Below are positions 8,082-16,764 of a DNA stretch of 21,689 nucleotides, in pieces. A program made the translations under genes and the position numbers. The notes below the pieces were generated by a model that searched no databases, had not been told where the DNA came from, and saw only the letters and a list, made by a program, of their open reading frames with translations. Location of the stretch: NCBI GenBank assembly GCA_039801565.1, contig JBDRUX010000036.1, positions 1 to 21,689 on the forward strand, read 5' to 3'. Positions within the stretch are counted from its first letter, which is position 1. Every line of letters starts with the position of its first letter. This stretch comes from a candidate division WOR-3 bacterium. Its GTDB lineage: Bacteria > Hydrothermota > Tepidihabitantia > Tepidihabitantales > JAOUPE01.

Positions 8082-9575
8082 ATGGCAAAAGAATATAAAA
8101 ACTTTATCAACGGTAAATATGTGTCTGCCCATTCGGGTAAGACTTATGAAAATCGTAACCCTGCCAATCAAGATGATTTGATTGGTATCTTTCCGCTTTC
8201 GGATAACGCCGATGTTGAAGATGCGGTTGCTGCCGCAAAAAAGGCATATCCTTTGTGGCGAAAAGTTCCTGTTCCTATCCGAGGTGAAATCCTGCGTAAG
8301 GCGACCGAAATCTTAATTGCCCGCAAAGAAGAATTAGCCAAATTGATGACCCGTGAGATGGGCAAAATATTGAAAGAGACCAGAGGCGATGTCCAAGAAG
8401 CGATTGATACCGGCTTATACGCTGGAGGAGAAGGCAGAAGGTTTTTTGCTAAAACCACACCTTCGGAATTGCGCAATAAAATGTGTTTTGTTATCCGGCA
8501 ACCGATGGGGGTTTGGGGATTAATCACCCCTTGGAACTTTCCAATGGCAATCCCTTCTTGGAAAATCTTTCCGGCCTTATTATGCGGCAATACGATAGTA
8601 ATCAAACCAGCCACCTATACTCCAGCCAGCACCGCTGAACTCATTGACGCCTTAGCTAAAGCCGGTGTACCTGATGGCGTGATAAATGTTGTTTATGGCT
8701 CGGGCGGCGCAGTCGGGGAAGCTTTAATCAATCATCCGGATATTTGTGGCATTTCATTTACCGGCTCATCTGAGATTGGACGGAGAATTGCCGAAGTGTG
8801 TGGAAAAAACTTAAAAAGGTGCTCACTTGAATTAGGTGGCAAAAATGCCCAAGTGGTTTTAGCCGATGCTGATTTGGATTTGGCTTTGGAAGGTGTCCTG
8901 TGGGGGGCGTTCGGCACAACCGGCCAGCGCTGCACCGCTACCTCAAGATTAATCCTGGAAGAAAAGATATACGATGATTTTCTTAAGCGACTTGTGGCAA
9001 GAGCCGAGGCAATAAAAGTCGGTGATGGATTAGATGAGACAACAGAGATGGGTCCGTTAGTAAGTGAAGCCCAAAGGAAGACCGTTCAGAACTATGTCGA
9101 AATTGGGAAAAAAGAAGGGGCAAAGTTAATCTGCGGTGGCGAACCTTTGACCGAAGGAAAATATGCTAAAGGATTTTTCTTTCAACCAACAATTTTTGCT
9201 GATGTCACACCCACGATGCGCATCTTCCAGGAAGAAATTTTTGGTCCGGTTCTCTCGGTAGTAAAGGTGAAAGATTTTGAAGAAGCATTGGCAGTGGTTA
9301 ATAATTCGCGCTATGGGCTTTCTTCTTCGGTTTACACCAAAGATGTGAACAAAGCCTTCCGGGCAATTGAGATGATTGAAGCTGGAATTACCTATATCAA
9401 CGCTCCAACCATCGGTGCGGAATGCCATTTACCATTCGGTGGGGTCAAAGATACTGGTAACGGACACCGCGAAGGTGGCTGGACCGCTTATGAAATATTC
9501 TCGGAATTGAAGACAGTTTATGTTGATTATTCCGGTGCCCTGCAAAAAGCCCAAATTGATACCTACGACCAATAA
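8082..9575 (+). CDS. NAD(P)-dependent aldehyde dehydrogenase; substrate not determinable
   Basis: ITPWNFP, FTGS, catalytic LELGGKN and GQRCTA, EEIFGPV, PFGG. Confidence 0.93.
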   Translation: MAKEYKNFINGKYVSAHSGKTYENRNPANQDDLIGIFPLSDNADVEDAVAAAKKAYPLWRKVPVPIRGEILRKATEILIARKEELAKLMTREMGKILKETRGDVQEAIDTGLYAGGEGRRFFAKTTPSELRNKMCFVIRQPMGVWGLITPWNFPMAIPSWKIFPALLCGNTIVIKPATYTPASTAELIDALAKAGVPDGVINVVYGSGGAVGEALINHPDICGISFTGSSEIGRRIAEVCGKNLKRCSLELGGKNAQVVLADADLDLALEGVLWGAFGTTGQRCTATSRLILEEKIYDDFLKRLVARAEAIKVGDGLDETTEMGPLVSEAQRKTVQNYVEIGKKEGAKLICGGEPLTEGKYAKGFFFQPTIFADVTPTMRIFQEEIFGPVLSVVKVKDFEEALAVVNNSRYGLSSSVYTKDVNKAFRAIEMIEAGITYINAPTIGAECHLPFGGVKDTGNGHREGGWTAYEIFSELKTVYVDYSGALQKAQIDTYDQ

Positions 9576-9711
9576 ATACCCAAAGTGAATTTCCAATCGT
9601 AAGAATGGTTGACAAATTAGTTGTGTACCGTTTGCAATTTCTGCTGGCTCAGTGTTAAATTTTCTGTCTTAAAAACTACGAGTTCAAATGATTTAAGCGG
9701 TTGCAAAAGGC

Positions 9712-11274
9712 TCAATAAATTAAGAGTTTGGTTGAGTATTTCTCACCTTCTTTTACGAAATAAACGCCGCTTGGTAATTGACTTATTTTATTTAGGCCGG
9801 GTTTTAAAGTTGTAATTAACTGTCCGGTCACAGTAAAAAGTGCAAGTGGATTGCAAGTCAAGACTTGCACCGAATTCCGAGCCGGGTTAGGAAGGATTTT
9901 AGGCTGTGGTCGGAGATTGGGATTACTAACATTTTCTCTTTCGATATTAGTTAAACCGCCTTGATAATATTTAACCGTGTAGTAGTCCCGAAACGAATTC
10001 ACGCCCATACTATAGCCGGTGACATAAATATAACCAGAATCATCGGTAGTTATAGCAAATGCCTCGTCATCTAAATTTGCGGAATAGTTAAAAACTACTA
10101 CCCAGCAAGTCTCACCAACTGGATTATATTTTATGGTCACATAATCATTATTAGAAACGATATTTTGGGAATGTCCGGCAACACAAACATTGCCAAAAGG
10201 GTCAAGAGCAATCGCCTCAGCCACATCAATATTATTTGCCAAGCCGTCATAACGAGCTACCCATTCTTCATTGCCGGTTGGGTCATATTTTATCGTGATG
10301 ATATCCGAATGGCTGGTCAGACCATCACTGTTACCAGTGATAAAAGAATTGCCGTTAGCATCAATAACAATCGCCTTAGCGAGGTCGTAGCCGTGAGCAG
10401 GACCATCATATCTTGCTACCCATTGCTCCACACCATCGGCATTGTATTTAATTGTGATGCAATCCTGTTGATTTATCGTGTCTAAACTATATCCGGTCAC
10501 CCAAACCTCGCCCGCAGCATTTACTGCAATTCCAGTGCCTCGGTCATAGTCATGGGCTGGACCATCGTAGCGTCTAACCCAGACCGTTTCACCATCCGGA
10601 TTATATTTAATTGTGACAATATCAAGACTGGTATTAAGACCGCCACTATAGCCGGTAACATAACAATTACCGATACTATCAATCGCTAATGCCCAAATCA
10701 CATCATTTGAATTGCCGGTGCCATTATAGGTTGCCACCCAGACCGATTCACCTTGGGCGTTATATTTAATTAGGCAGTAGTCCCAATAAGTTCCTATGCC
10801 GGTTCGGTAACCGCCAACATAGACATCGCCTTGGCGCGATACCGCCAGCGCATAAGCCTGGTCTTCATCATTAGCAGGGCCATTATAGCGTCGAAGCCAC
10901 CGCTCTTCACCTTGGTTATTGTATTTAATAGTGACAATATCACTTTTGGTTGTCCAATCCCAACTCCGACCAGTGACATAGACATTGAGTGATTCGTCTA
11001 AGCCAATTGCTCTTGCTTGGTCAACCGAATCGCCGGTGCCATTATACCTTGCCACCCATTGCTCAATTCCTAATGAATTATATTTAATTGTACAATAGTC
11101 GTAATTAATCCCATAATTTCTTGGGCTATAGCCAGTGATATAAACATTGTATAAGGAATCCACAATAATTGCATGGGCTTCGTCCCGATTATTGCCTGGA
11201 CCGTTATAGCGTACACTCCAAACCTGAGCAAATAGCATCACCGAAAATATAAAAAGAACCAAAATTTGCTTCAT
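9712..11274 (-). CDS. Secreted SBBP-repeat beta-propeller protein with a short T9SS-like C-terminal domain
   Basis: Signal peptide MKQILVLFIFSVMLFA-Q from ATG 11274. Eight ~52-aa repeats W..RY(N/D)G..N..D.A..I..D..GN.YVTG.S...D..TIKY. Tail ILPNPARN...PSGVYFVK...TKLLIY. Confidence 0.88.
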   Translation of the reverse strand: MKQILVLFIFSVMLFAQVWSVRYNGPGNNRDEAHAIIVDSLYNVYITGYSPRNYGINYDYCTIKYNSLGIEQWVARYNGTGDSVDQARAIGLDESLNVYVTGRSWDWTTKSDIVTIKYNNQGEERWLRRYNGPANDEDQAYALAVSRQGDVYVGGYRTGIGTYWDYCLIKYNAQGESVWVATYNGTGNSNDVIWALAIDSIGNCYVTGYSGGLNTSLDIVTIKYNPDGETVWVRRYDGPAHDYDRGTGIAVNAAGEVWVTGYSLDTINQQDCITIKYNADGVEQWVARYDGPAHGYDLAKAIVIDANGNSFITGNSDGLTSHSDIITIKYDPTGNEEWVARYDGLANNIDVAEAIALDPFGNVCVAGHSQNIVSNNDYVTIKYNPVGETCWVVVFNYSANLDDEAFAITTDDSGYIYVTGYSMGVNSFRDYYTVKYYQGGLTNIERENVSNPNLRPQPKILPNPARNSVQVLTCNPLALFTVTGQLITTLKPGLNKISQLPSGVYFVKEGEKYSTKLLIY

Positions 11275-11290
11275 ATCTTCGTATCGCAAT

Positions 11291-11319
11291 ATTTTAATAA
11301 AAACTTGTTAGATTGTAAA
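11291..11319 (-). promoter_or_regulatory. Candidate promoter of the SBBP gene
   Basis: TTTACA, 17 nt, TAAAAT, ending 16 nt before ATG 11274. Confidence 0.5.
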
Positions 11320-11448
11320 GAGTTCGGATTTATCCCCACCAAAAGAAATTTATTCGACCTAAATTAGTCCTGAATTTTCGCAATCGGTATTTGATGCCTC
11401 ACCATCATTAAATCAAAAATAGTCATCCCCATCCCAATTATAACTCTA

Positions 11449-11476
11449 TTGACTTTTTAGAATTTACCATTAAAAT
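11449..11476 (+). promoter_or_regulatory. Candidate promoter of the phoH operon
   Basis: TTGACT (11449-11454), 16 nt, TAAAAT (11471-11476). Confidence 0.55.
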
Positions 11477-11498
11477 TCTTTATAGAGAAATTTAAGGA

Positions 11499-12479
11499 TT
11501 GAATTTAAAGGAAAAAAATCAGATTAAAGTTAGTATCCCGCTTGGTAATATTGACCCACTATTGCTTTTGGGTTTAGCCGATGAAAATTTAACTATCATT
11601 GCCCAAGCCTTTACTTCTTCGTTGATTTCAGTCCGAGGTGACCGGGTTAGAATTGTTGGTCCAGAGACCGAGGTCCGGCAGGCTCAAGAATTATTCCAAA
11701 GATTATTAAGATTAGCCAAAAGTAGTGAACCAGTGACACCGGTAATTGTGCAACAAGAAATCGCTCAGTTAAAAGGAACCCAATATTCCCAAATGCGGAA
11801 ACCAGAGGGTAAAGGACAGAAAGTAGAATATTCTGAAATCTCGGTTGCGACCCCTAAAAAGTTAATCCAACCCAAAACCCCTAATCAAGCAAATTACCTC
11901 AAAGCGATTGATGACTATGATATCGTCATTTGCATAGGACCAGCCGGTACCGGCAAGACCTATTTAGCAGTTGCTAAAGCGGTTTCGGCACTGGTTTCGG
12001 GTAAAGTGGCCAGAATTATTCTTACTCGGCCAGCTGTCGAAGCCGGTGAATCATTGGGTTTCTTGCCGGGAAACCTAAAAGAAAAGGTTGACCCTTACCT
12101 ACGCCCCTTGTACGATGCTTTATACGATATGGTGCCAGTCGAAAAACTGCGCCGACTTTATGATGAAGAAGTGGTTGAGGTTGCTCCCTTAGCCTATATG
12201 CGAGGGCGAACCCTCTCCGATGCATTCGTGATTTTAGATGAAGCACAAAACACCACTCCAATTCAGATGAAAATGTTTCTAACCCGCCTGGGCTGGAATT
12301 CAAAATCAATTATTACCGGCGATATAACTCAAATTGATTTGGCCAAAAACCAAACATCGGGTTTGGTTGAAGCCCAAGAACGTCTGCATCATATCGATGG
12401 TATCAAATTCATTTATTTTGATGAACGGGATGTAGTAAGACCACCACTCGTTTCGAAAATCATCAAAGCTTATGAATAA
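11499..12479 (+). CDS. phoH: PhoH-family ATPase (YbeZ-like)
   Basis: GPAGTGKTYLA, LTRPAVEAGESLGFLPG, PLAYMRGRTL, ILDEAQN, TGDITQID; directly upstream of ybeY. Confidence 0.93.
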   Translation: MNLKEKNQIKVSIPLGNIDPLLLLGLADENLTIIAQAFTSSLISVRGDRVRIVGPETEVRQAQELFQRLLRLAKSSEPVTPVIVQQEIAQLKGTQYSQMRKPEGKGQKVEYSEISVATPKKLIQPKTPNQANYLKAIDDYDIVICIGPAGTGKTYLAVAKAVSALVSGKVARIILTRPAVEAGESLGFLPGNLKEKVDPYLRPLYDALYDMVPVEKLRRLYDEEVVEVAPLAYMRGRTLSDAFVILDEAQNTTPIQMKMFLTRLGWNSKSIITGDITQIDLAKNQTSGLVEAQERLHHIDGIKFIYFDERDVVRPPLVSKIIKAYE

Positions 12480-12504
12480 AAATAATTTTTAACGCCAACA
12501 GCAA

Positions 12505-12843
12505 ATGAAGATTGAAATATTTGGAACAAAAAATACTAAGCTGCAAAAGGAAATTAAACAGACACTAAAGAGAATTCTTTTCGAAAAAAAATGTCAAGCA
12601 AAAAGTCTTACTGTCATTTTGGTTGATAATAATTATATAAGACAATTGAACCGAAAATATCTTAATCGCAATCGGATTACCGATGTTTTGGCTTTTCCGT
12701 TTGACGATAAGTTCTTGGGCGAAATCTATATTTGCCGACCGCAGGCAAGAAAACAAGCCCAGCTTTGGGGGGTAACCGAAAAGGAAGAAATTTTAAACCT
12801 TGTCCGACACGGCGTGATGCACCTTTTAGGCTATCACCATTGA
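12505..12843 (+). CDS. ybeY: rRNA maturation endoribonuclease YbeY, short form
   Basis: LNRKY...TDVLAFP...LGEIYI...HGVMHLLGYHH; phoH-ybeY-CBS synteny. Confidence 0.9.
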   Translation: MKIEIFGTKNTKLQKEIKQTLKRILFEKKCQAKSLTVILVDNNYIRQLNRKYLNRNRITDVLAFPFDDKFLGEIYICRPQARKQAQLWGVTEKEEILNLVRHGVMHLLGYHH

Positions 12844-12888
12844 CCGTAATTATAATATGGTTCAAAAAGTTCAATAAGTTTAAATAGT

Positions 12889-14148
12889 ATGGTTTGGTAT
12901 TTGTTGGGAATAGCCATTTGTTTATTGCTATCTGGTCTATTCTCCGGTAGCGAGACTGCTTTATTCTCAATAGCAAAACCAGTTCTAATGCAGTTAAAAG
13001 AAGCGAAGCCCAAAATTGCAACCCGGTTAGAAAAATTGTTGACTTCACCAGCACAACTTTTAAGCGCTATTCTTTTTTCTAATCTTGTTGTTAATGTTAT
13101 CGCTTCTTCAGTTTGGACCTTATTTATTATCGCTCTGACAAATCGCTATCACTTAGCAACCGATTTATATTTAGGGATGGGCTTTTTTGTTATGACTCTG
13201 TTACTCTTAATCTTTGGCGAAGTAACTCCCAAGGTCTTAGCATCCAGAAGTTCCCTCCGCTTCGCCATCCTTACTTCGCCGTTAATTTTGGGGTTAACCA
13301 AGATTTTCTCACCAATCGTGAAGATATTAACCCTTTTAGGAACATTTATCTTACGCCACGCAAAATTGCCAACTTTTCCTTCAGACGAAGAACTCTTGAC
13401 AATGATTGAACTGGGTCGAACTTGCGGGACAATAACTGTAAACGAAGGCGAAATTCTGCATAACCTGGTTGAATTAGATAAACGAACCGTTTCCGAAGTG
13501 ATGACTCCACGAATCAAGATTGCCGGACTTGAAAAGAATACAACCTGTGATTTCGCTATGGAATTTGCTAAAAAAACCGGTTTCTCAAGATTTCCGGTCT
13601 ACGACCAGACAATTGATAACATTGTGGGGATTTTATATGTCAAAGACCTTCTTACCGAAAACCTAACCAATCGTTCAAGATTCCAAGAAAGCCCCAAATT
13701 GGTTAGTGAGATGATGCGAAGAGTTTACTTTGTTCCAGAAATGATGAAGTTATCGCTTTTGTTAATGGAATTGCGAAAAAAAGGTTCGCACATTGCAATC
13801 GTCGTTGACGAATTTGGTCAAACTGCTGGTTTGGTAACATTGGAAGATATTCTGGAGGCAATTTTTGGTGAGATTCGCGACGAATTTGATTTTTCCGAAG
13901 ACCTGCCTTATTCTAAATTAGATGAACAGACTTATTTGGTAGCGGGTGAAATTGATTTGAGAACCTTAAATCGAATTTTTGACTATGCCTTTAAAGGACT
14001 CAACTATAAACGACTCTCCAGTTTTATTCTTGCCCATTTCAATCGCTTACCAAAAGTTGGTGAGACATTTACTTTTCGGAAATTGCGCTTGGAAATTAAA
14101 ACAATCAAAAATAATCAAATTGAAAAAGTTTTAATTCAAAGAGTTTAA
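12889..14148 (+). CDS. CNNM/DUF21 + CBS pair + CorC_HlyC membrane protein (hemolysin family)
   Basis: SGLFSGSETALFS, IFGEVTPK, EVMTPR, FSRFPVY, VVDEFG...VTLEDILEAIFGEIRDEFD, C-terminal transporter-associated domain. Confidence 0.92.
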   Translation: MVWYLLGIAICLLLSGLFSGSETALFSIAKPVLMQLKEAKPKIATRLEKLLTSPAQLLSAILFSNLVVNVIASSVWTLFIIALTNRYHLATDLYLGMGFFVMTLLLLIFGEVTPKVLASRSSLRFAILTSPLILGLTKIFSPIVKILTLLGTFILRHAKLPTFPSDEELLTMIELGRTCGTITVNEGEILHNLVELDKRTVSEVMTPRIKIAGLEKNTTCDFAMEFAKKTGFSRFPVYDQTIDNIVGILYVKDLLTENLTNRSRFQESPKLVSEMMRRVYFVPEMMKLSLLLMELRKKGSHIAIVVDEFGQTAGLVTLEDILEAIFGEIRDEFDFSEDLPYSKLDEQTYLVAGEIDLRTLNRIFDYAFKGLNYKRLSSFILAHFNRLPKVGETFTFRKLRLEIKTIKNNQIEKVLIQRV

Positions 14149-14150
14149 TT

Positions 14151-15122
14151 ATGGCACTATTTTTGGGTTGCCTGGCCCTATTATTAGGCGGTTTTTATGC
14201 CGGTAGTGAGACAAGTTATACCCGAGCCAATTGGATAAGGCTTGCGACCTGGCAGAAAAATAAGCGTTTCGGCGCCGGGCTGGCACTGAAAATACTCTCT
14301 CAGAAGGAAAAAGTCTTGGTAAGCACTTTAATTGGCACAAATCTCGCAACCGTTTTAGCATCAATGTTAATTGTCCACCATTTTGCCATCAATTTTGGCG
14401 TCGGTTATGCCACTTTTGCTACCGGACTGGTAATCATTCTTTCTTTAATCTTTTCCGAGTTTTTACCTAAGACCGTAGCTCAAGCCTTTCCTGACCATTG
14501 GGCAAGTGTGGTTGCTTATCCAATACTATGGACAATGAAAATTTTCGCACCAGTAACCAACCTTTTATATCTTTTCGCAGTAAAACTGACCGTTCCTTTT
14601 CACCGACAACCCAAAGGACATACCGGCGAAGTAATTCCCTTGAATGACCTGGTTTTTACTTTGCGGGAATATTTCCGTTCCAGGCGATTTTATGATAAGT
14701 CGTTGTTGGGCAATTATTTGGCCGGTATCGCTTATCGGCTTTTTGAATTCCGTCGAGTAAAAGTTGCTGAAATTGCGATACCGTTGGCACGGGTAATTGC
14801 GATTCCTGAAGATATCACTTTCCAAGATTTGTGCAATGTAATAAAAAAATATGGCTATTCAAGATATCCGGTGTACCGAGGCACCGTTGGAAATATAACC
14901 GGCGTTATCCATACTAAAGATTTACTCGATTTGTCAAGGAAGCGAATTCGACAAGTCTATACGGTTTCGGCTCAAAAAAGTGCAATGGCGGTCTTAACCG
15001 AAATGCAAAAGAAAGGTGAACACTTAGCAATTGTCCAGGAGGAAAGAAACCGGGTAATCGGTATCGTCACCTTAGAGGATTTAATTGAGGAACTGGTGGG
15101 TGAAATTCGTAGCGAAGATTAA
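14151..15122 (+). CDS. Second CNNM/DUF21 + CBS protein lacking the CorC_HlyC domain
   Basis: GFYAGSET, LIGTNL, FSEFLPK, YSRYPVY; ends at VTLEDLIEELVGEIRSED. Confidence 0.9.
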   Translation: MALFLGCLALLLGGFYAGSETSYTRANWIRLATWQKNKRFGAGLALKILSQKEKVLVSTLIGTNLATVLASMLIVHHFAINFGVGYATFATGLVIILSLIFSEFLPKTVAQAFPDHWASVVAYPILWTMKIFAPVTNLLYLFAVKLTVPFHRQPKGHTGEVIPLNDLVFTLREYFRSRRFYDKSLLGNYLAGIAYRLFEFRRVKVAEIAIPLARVIAIPEDITFQDLCNVIKKYGYSRYPVYRGTVGNITGVIHTKDLLDLSRKRIRQVYTVSAQKSAMAVLTEMQKKGEHLAIVQEERNRVIGIVTLEDLIEELVGEIRSED

Positions 15123-15890
15123 ATGCCAAGATTGTTGCGTACTCCTGCAATTGCTCTCCATTCGGTTCCATTTGCCGAGTCATCAAAAGTTGTCACATTT
15201 TTTACCCGCGACTTCGGCAAATTAAATTTTTTAGCCAAAGGTGCGCGTCGACCAAGAAGTAAATTTGGTGCTGCACTGGAGACCTTTACCTACGCTCAAT
15301 TGATAATTTATAAGCCGGAGAAACCAAAACTTTATATTCTGTCTGATGCAGAAATTATTCATTCCTTTCCTGAACTTTTGACCACACCGGAATATTATCT
15401 AATCGGTTCCCAAATAATTGAATTTGTTTTGAAGGCAGTAGATTTTGAAGAGCCAAATGCTAAACTTTTCAATTTGCTTTTAGCGGTTCTTTTCACATTA
15501 ACTAAGACTCAGTCGAAAGCATTTTTAGAGAGTTTAGCCTTGGCTTTTTATTTAAAAGCTGGAAGCTTTTTAGGTTATCGTCCAGAGTTGAACAATTGTG
15601 TTATCTGTCGCAAATCGTTAAGTAAGTTTTCACGCGCAAGACCAATTTTCGATAAAAGTCTTGGTGGTCTTTTGTGTCCAACCTGTAAGACCAAGACACA
15701 AAACAGCTGGGAACTGACTTATGACCAACTGCTTCATTTAAAAGCTCTTCTCTATTTACCATTAAAAATGGCACTAACGCTTGAACCAAAACCCGAATTA
15801 AATAACTTAATCCTTCAGTACCTTAAACACCATTTCCCAAAACTCGACCTTAAAACCGAATGCTATTTTCGATGGAACAATCAAGCCTAA
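15123..15890 (+). CDS. recO: DNA repair protein RecO
   Basis: ESSKVVTFFTRDFGK...AKGARRPRSKFGAALE, GYRPELNNCVIC...GGLLCPTC zinc finger. Confidence 0.95.
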   Translation: MPRLLRTPAIALHSVPFAESSKVVTFFTRDFGKLNFLAKGARRPRSKFGAALETFTYAQLIIYKPEKPKLYILSDAEIIHSFPELLTTPEYYLIGSQIIEFVLKAVDFEEPNAKLFNLLLAVLFTLTKTQSKAFLESLALAFYLKAGSFLGYRPELNNCVICRKSLSKFSRARPIFDKSLGGLLCPTCKTKTQNSWELTYDQLLHLKALLYLPLKMALTLEPKPELNNLILQYLKHHFPKLDLKTECYFRWNNQA

Positions 15891-16522
15891 TTCTACTCCA
15901 TATTTGTTGTGCGCCTTGTGCAACAACTGTAATTAAAAGATTAGAAATGGTTGGTTATAAAGTTTATGGTTATTTTTATAATCCTAACATCCACCCGACA
16001 AAAGAATATTATCAGCGGTTAGCGGAAACGAAAAGAATTTGTCAAATTTGGGATATTCCATTACTAATCGGTGACTACGATTGGGACCGCTGGCAGGCAG
16101 CAGTTCATGGTTTGGAAAAAGAGAAGGAAGGTGGCAAGAGGTGTCTGGTCTGTTACCGTTTTCGTTTGGCCGCAGTTGCCCAAAAAGCCAAGGAGTTGGA
16201 AATTGGGGCAGTTGCTAGTACCCTAACCTTAAGCCCCAAAAAACGGGCTTCGGATATTAATTCAATTGGTAAAGAAATTTGTGAAGAATTAGGACTAAAG
16301 TTTTACGAGGCGGATTGGAAAAAGCAAGATGGTTTCAAGCAAAGTGTGACTATTTGTAAAGAAATGAATATTTACCGTCAAAACTATTGTGGCTGTAAAT
16401 ACAGTATTAGACCAACAAAAATCCCACCAACTAAGGTCATAACTGAAGTAAAAAACGAATTGGCTGAGTCATTGCCCAAACATTTGCGTAAGAAAAAGAC
16501 CAAACCTTGGCGGCAAAAATAA
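15872..16522 (+). CDS. queH: Epoxyqueuosine reductase QueH (DUF208); start 15872 or 15860
   Basis: LLHICCAPC, FYNPNIHP..EY..R, EKEGGKRCLVCY..RL, STLTLSPKK, YRQNYCGCKYS. Confidence 0.93.
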   Translation: MEQSSLILLHICCAPCATTVIKRLEMVGYKVYGYFYNPNIHPTKEYYQRLAETKRICQIWDIPLLIGDYDWDRWQAAVHGLEKEKEGGKRCLVCYRFRLAAVAQKAKELEIGAVASTLTLSPKKRASDINSIGKEICEELGLKFYEADWKKQDGFKQSVTICKEMNIYRQNYCGCKYSIRPTKIPPTKVITEVKNELAESLPKHLRKKKTKPWRQK

Positions 16523-16716
16523 AAATTCCGAATGTTTCCTCTAAATTTATAAAACCATAGTATCACCAAAGCCGATTAAAAAGTAACGGCGGCGATACGA
16601 ACGAAAGTCGGTCGAACAGCAGCAAAGACCAAAAGATTTCTAAATCGTTCCTAAAGTTTTGACAATATCCTGTTCTATATTGAAAAAGCGAGTATAATTT
16701 TGCAATGATTGGATTC

Positions 16717-16749
16717 AAAATAAAAGGGGAGAGAAAATTCTCTCCCCTT
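16717..16749 (-). terminator. Rho-independent terminator of the 16765-18231 gene
   Basis: Perfect inverted repeat AAGGGGAGAGAA (16724-16735) / TTCTCTCCCCTT (16738-16749), followed on the minus strand by a T-rich tail. Confidence 0.85.
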
Positions 16750-16764
16750 AATTTCAATGTCAGC

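Noticed and set aside
9576..9711. ORF 9621-9815 (+) or a terminator between the convergent ALDH and SBBP genes
   Set aside because: No RBS or recognisable motif, the ORF overlaps a real gene antisense, and there is no convincing stem with a U-tract.
12841..12849. Selenocysteine or readthrough at the ybeY TGA
   Set aside because: TAA follows after one codon.
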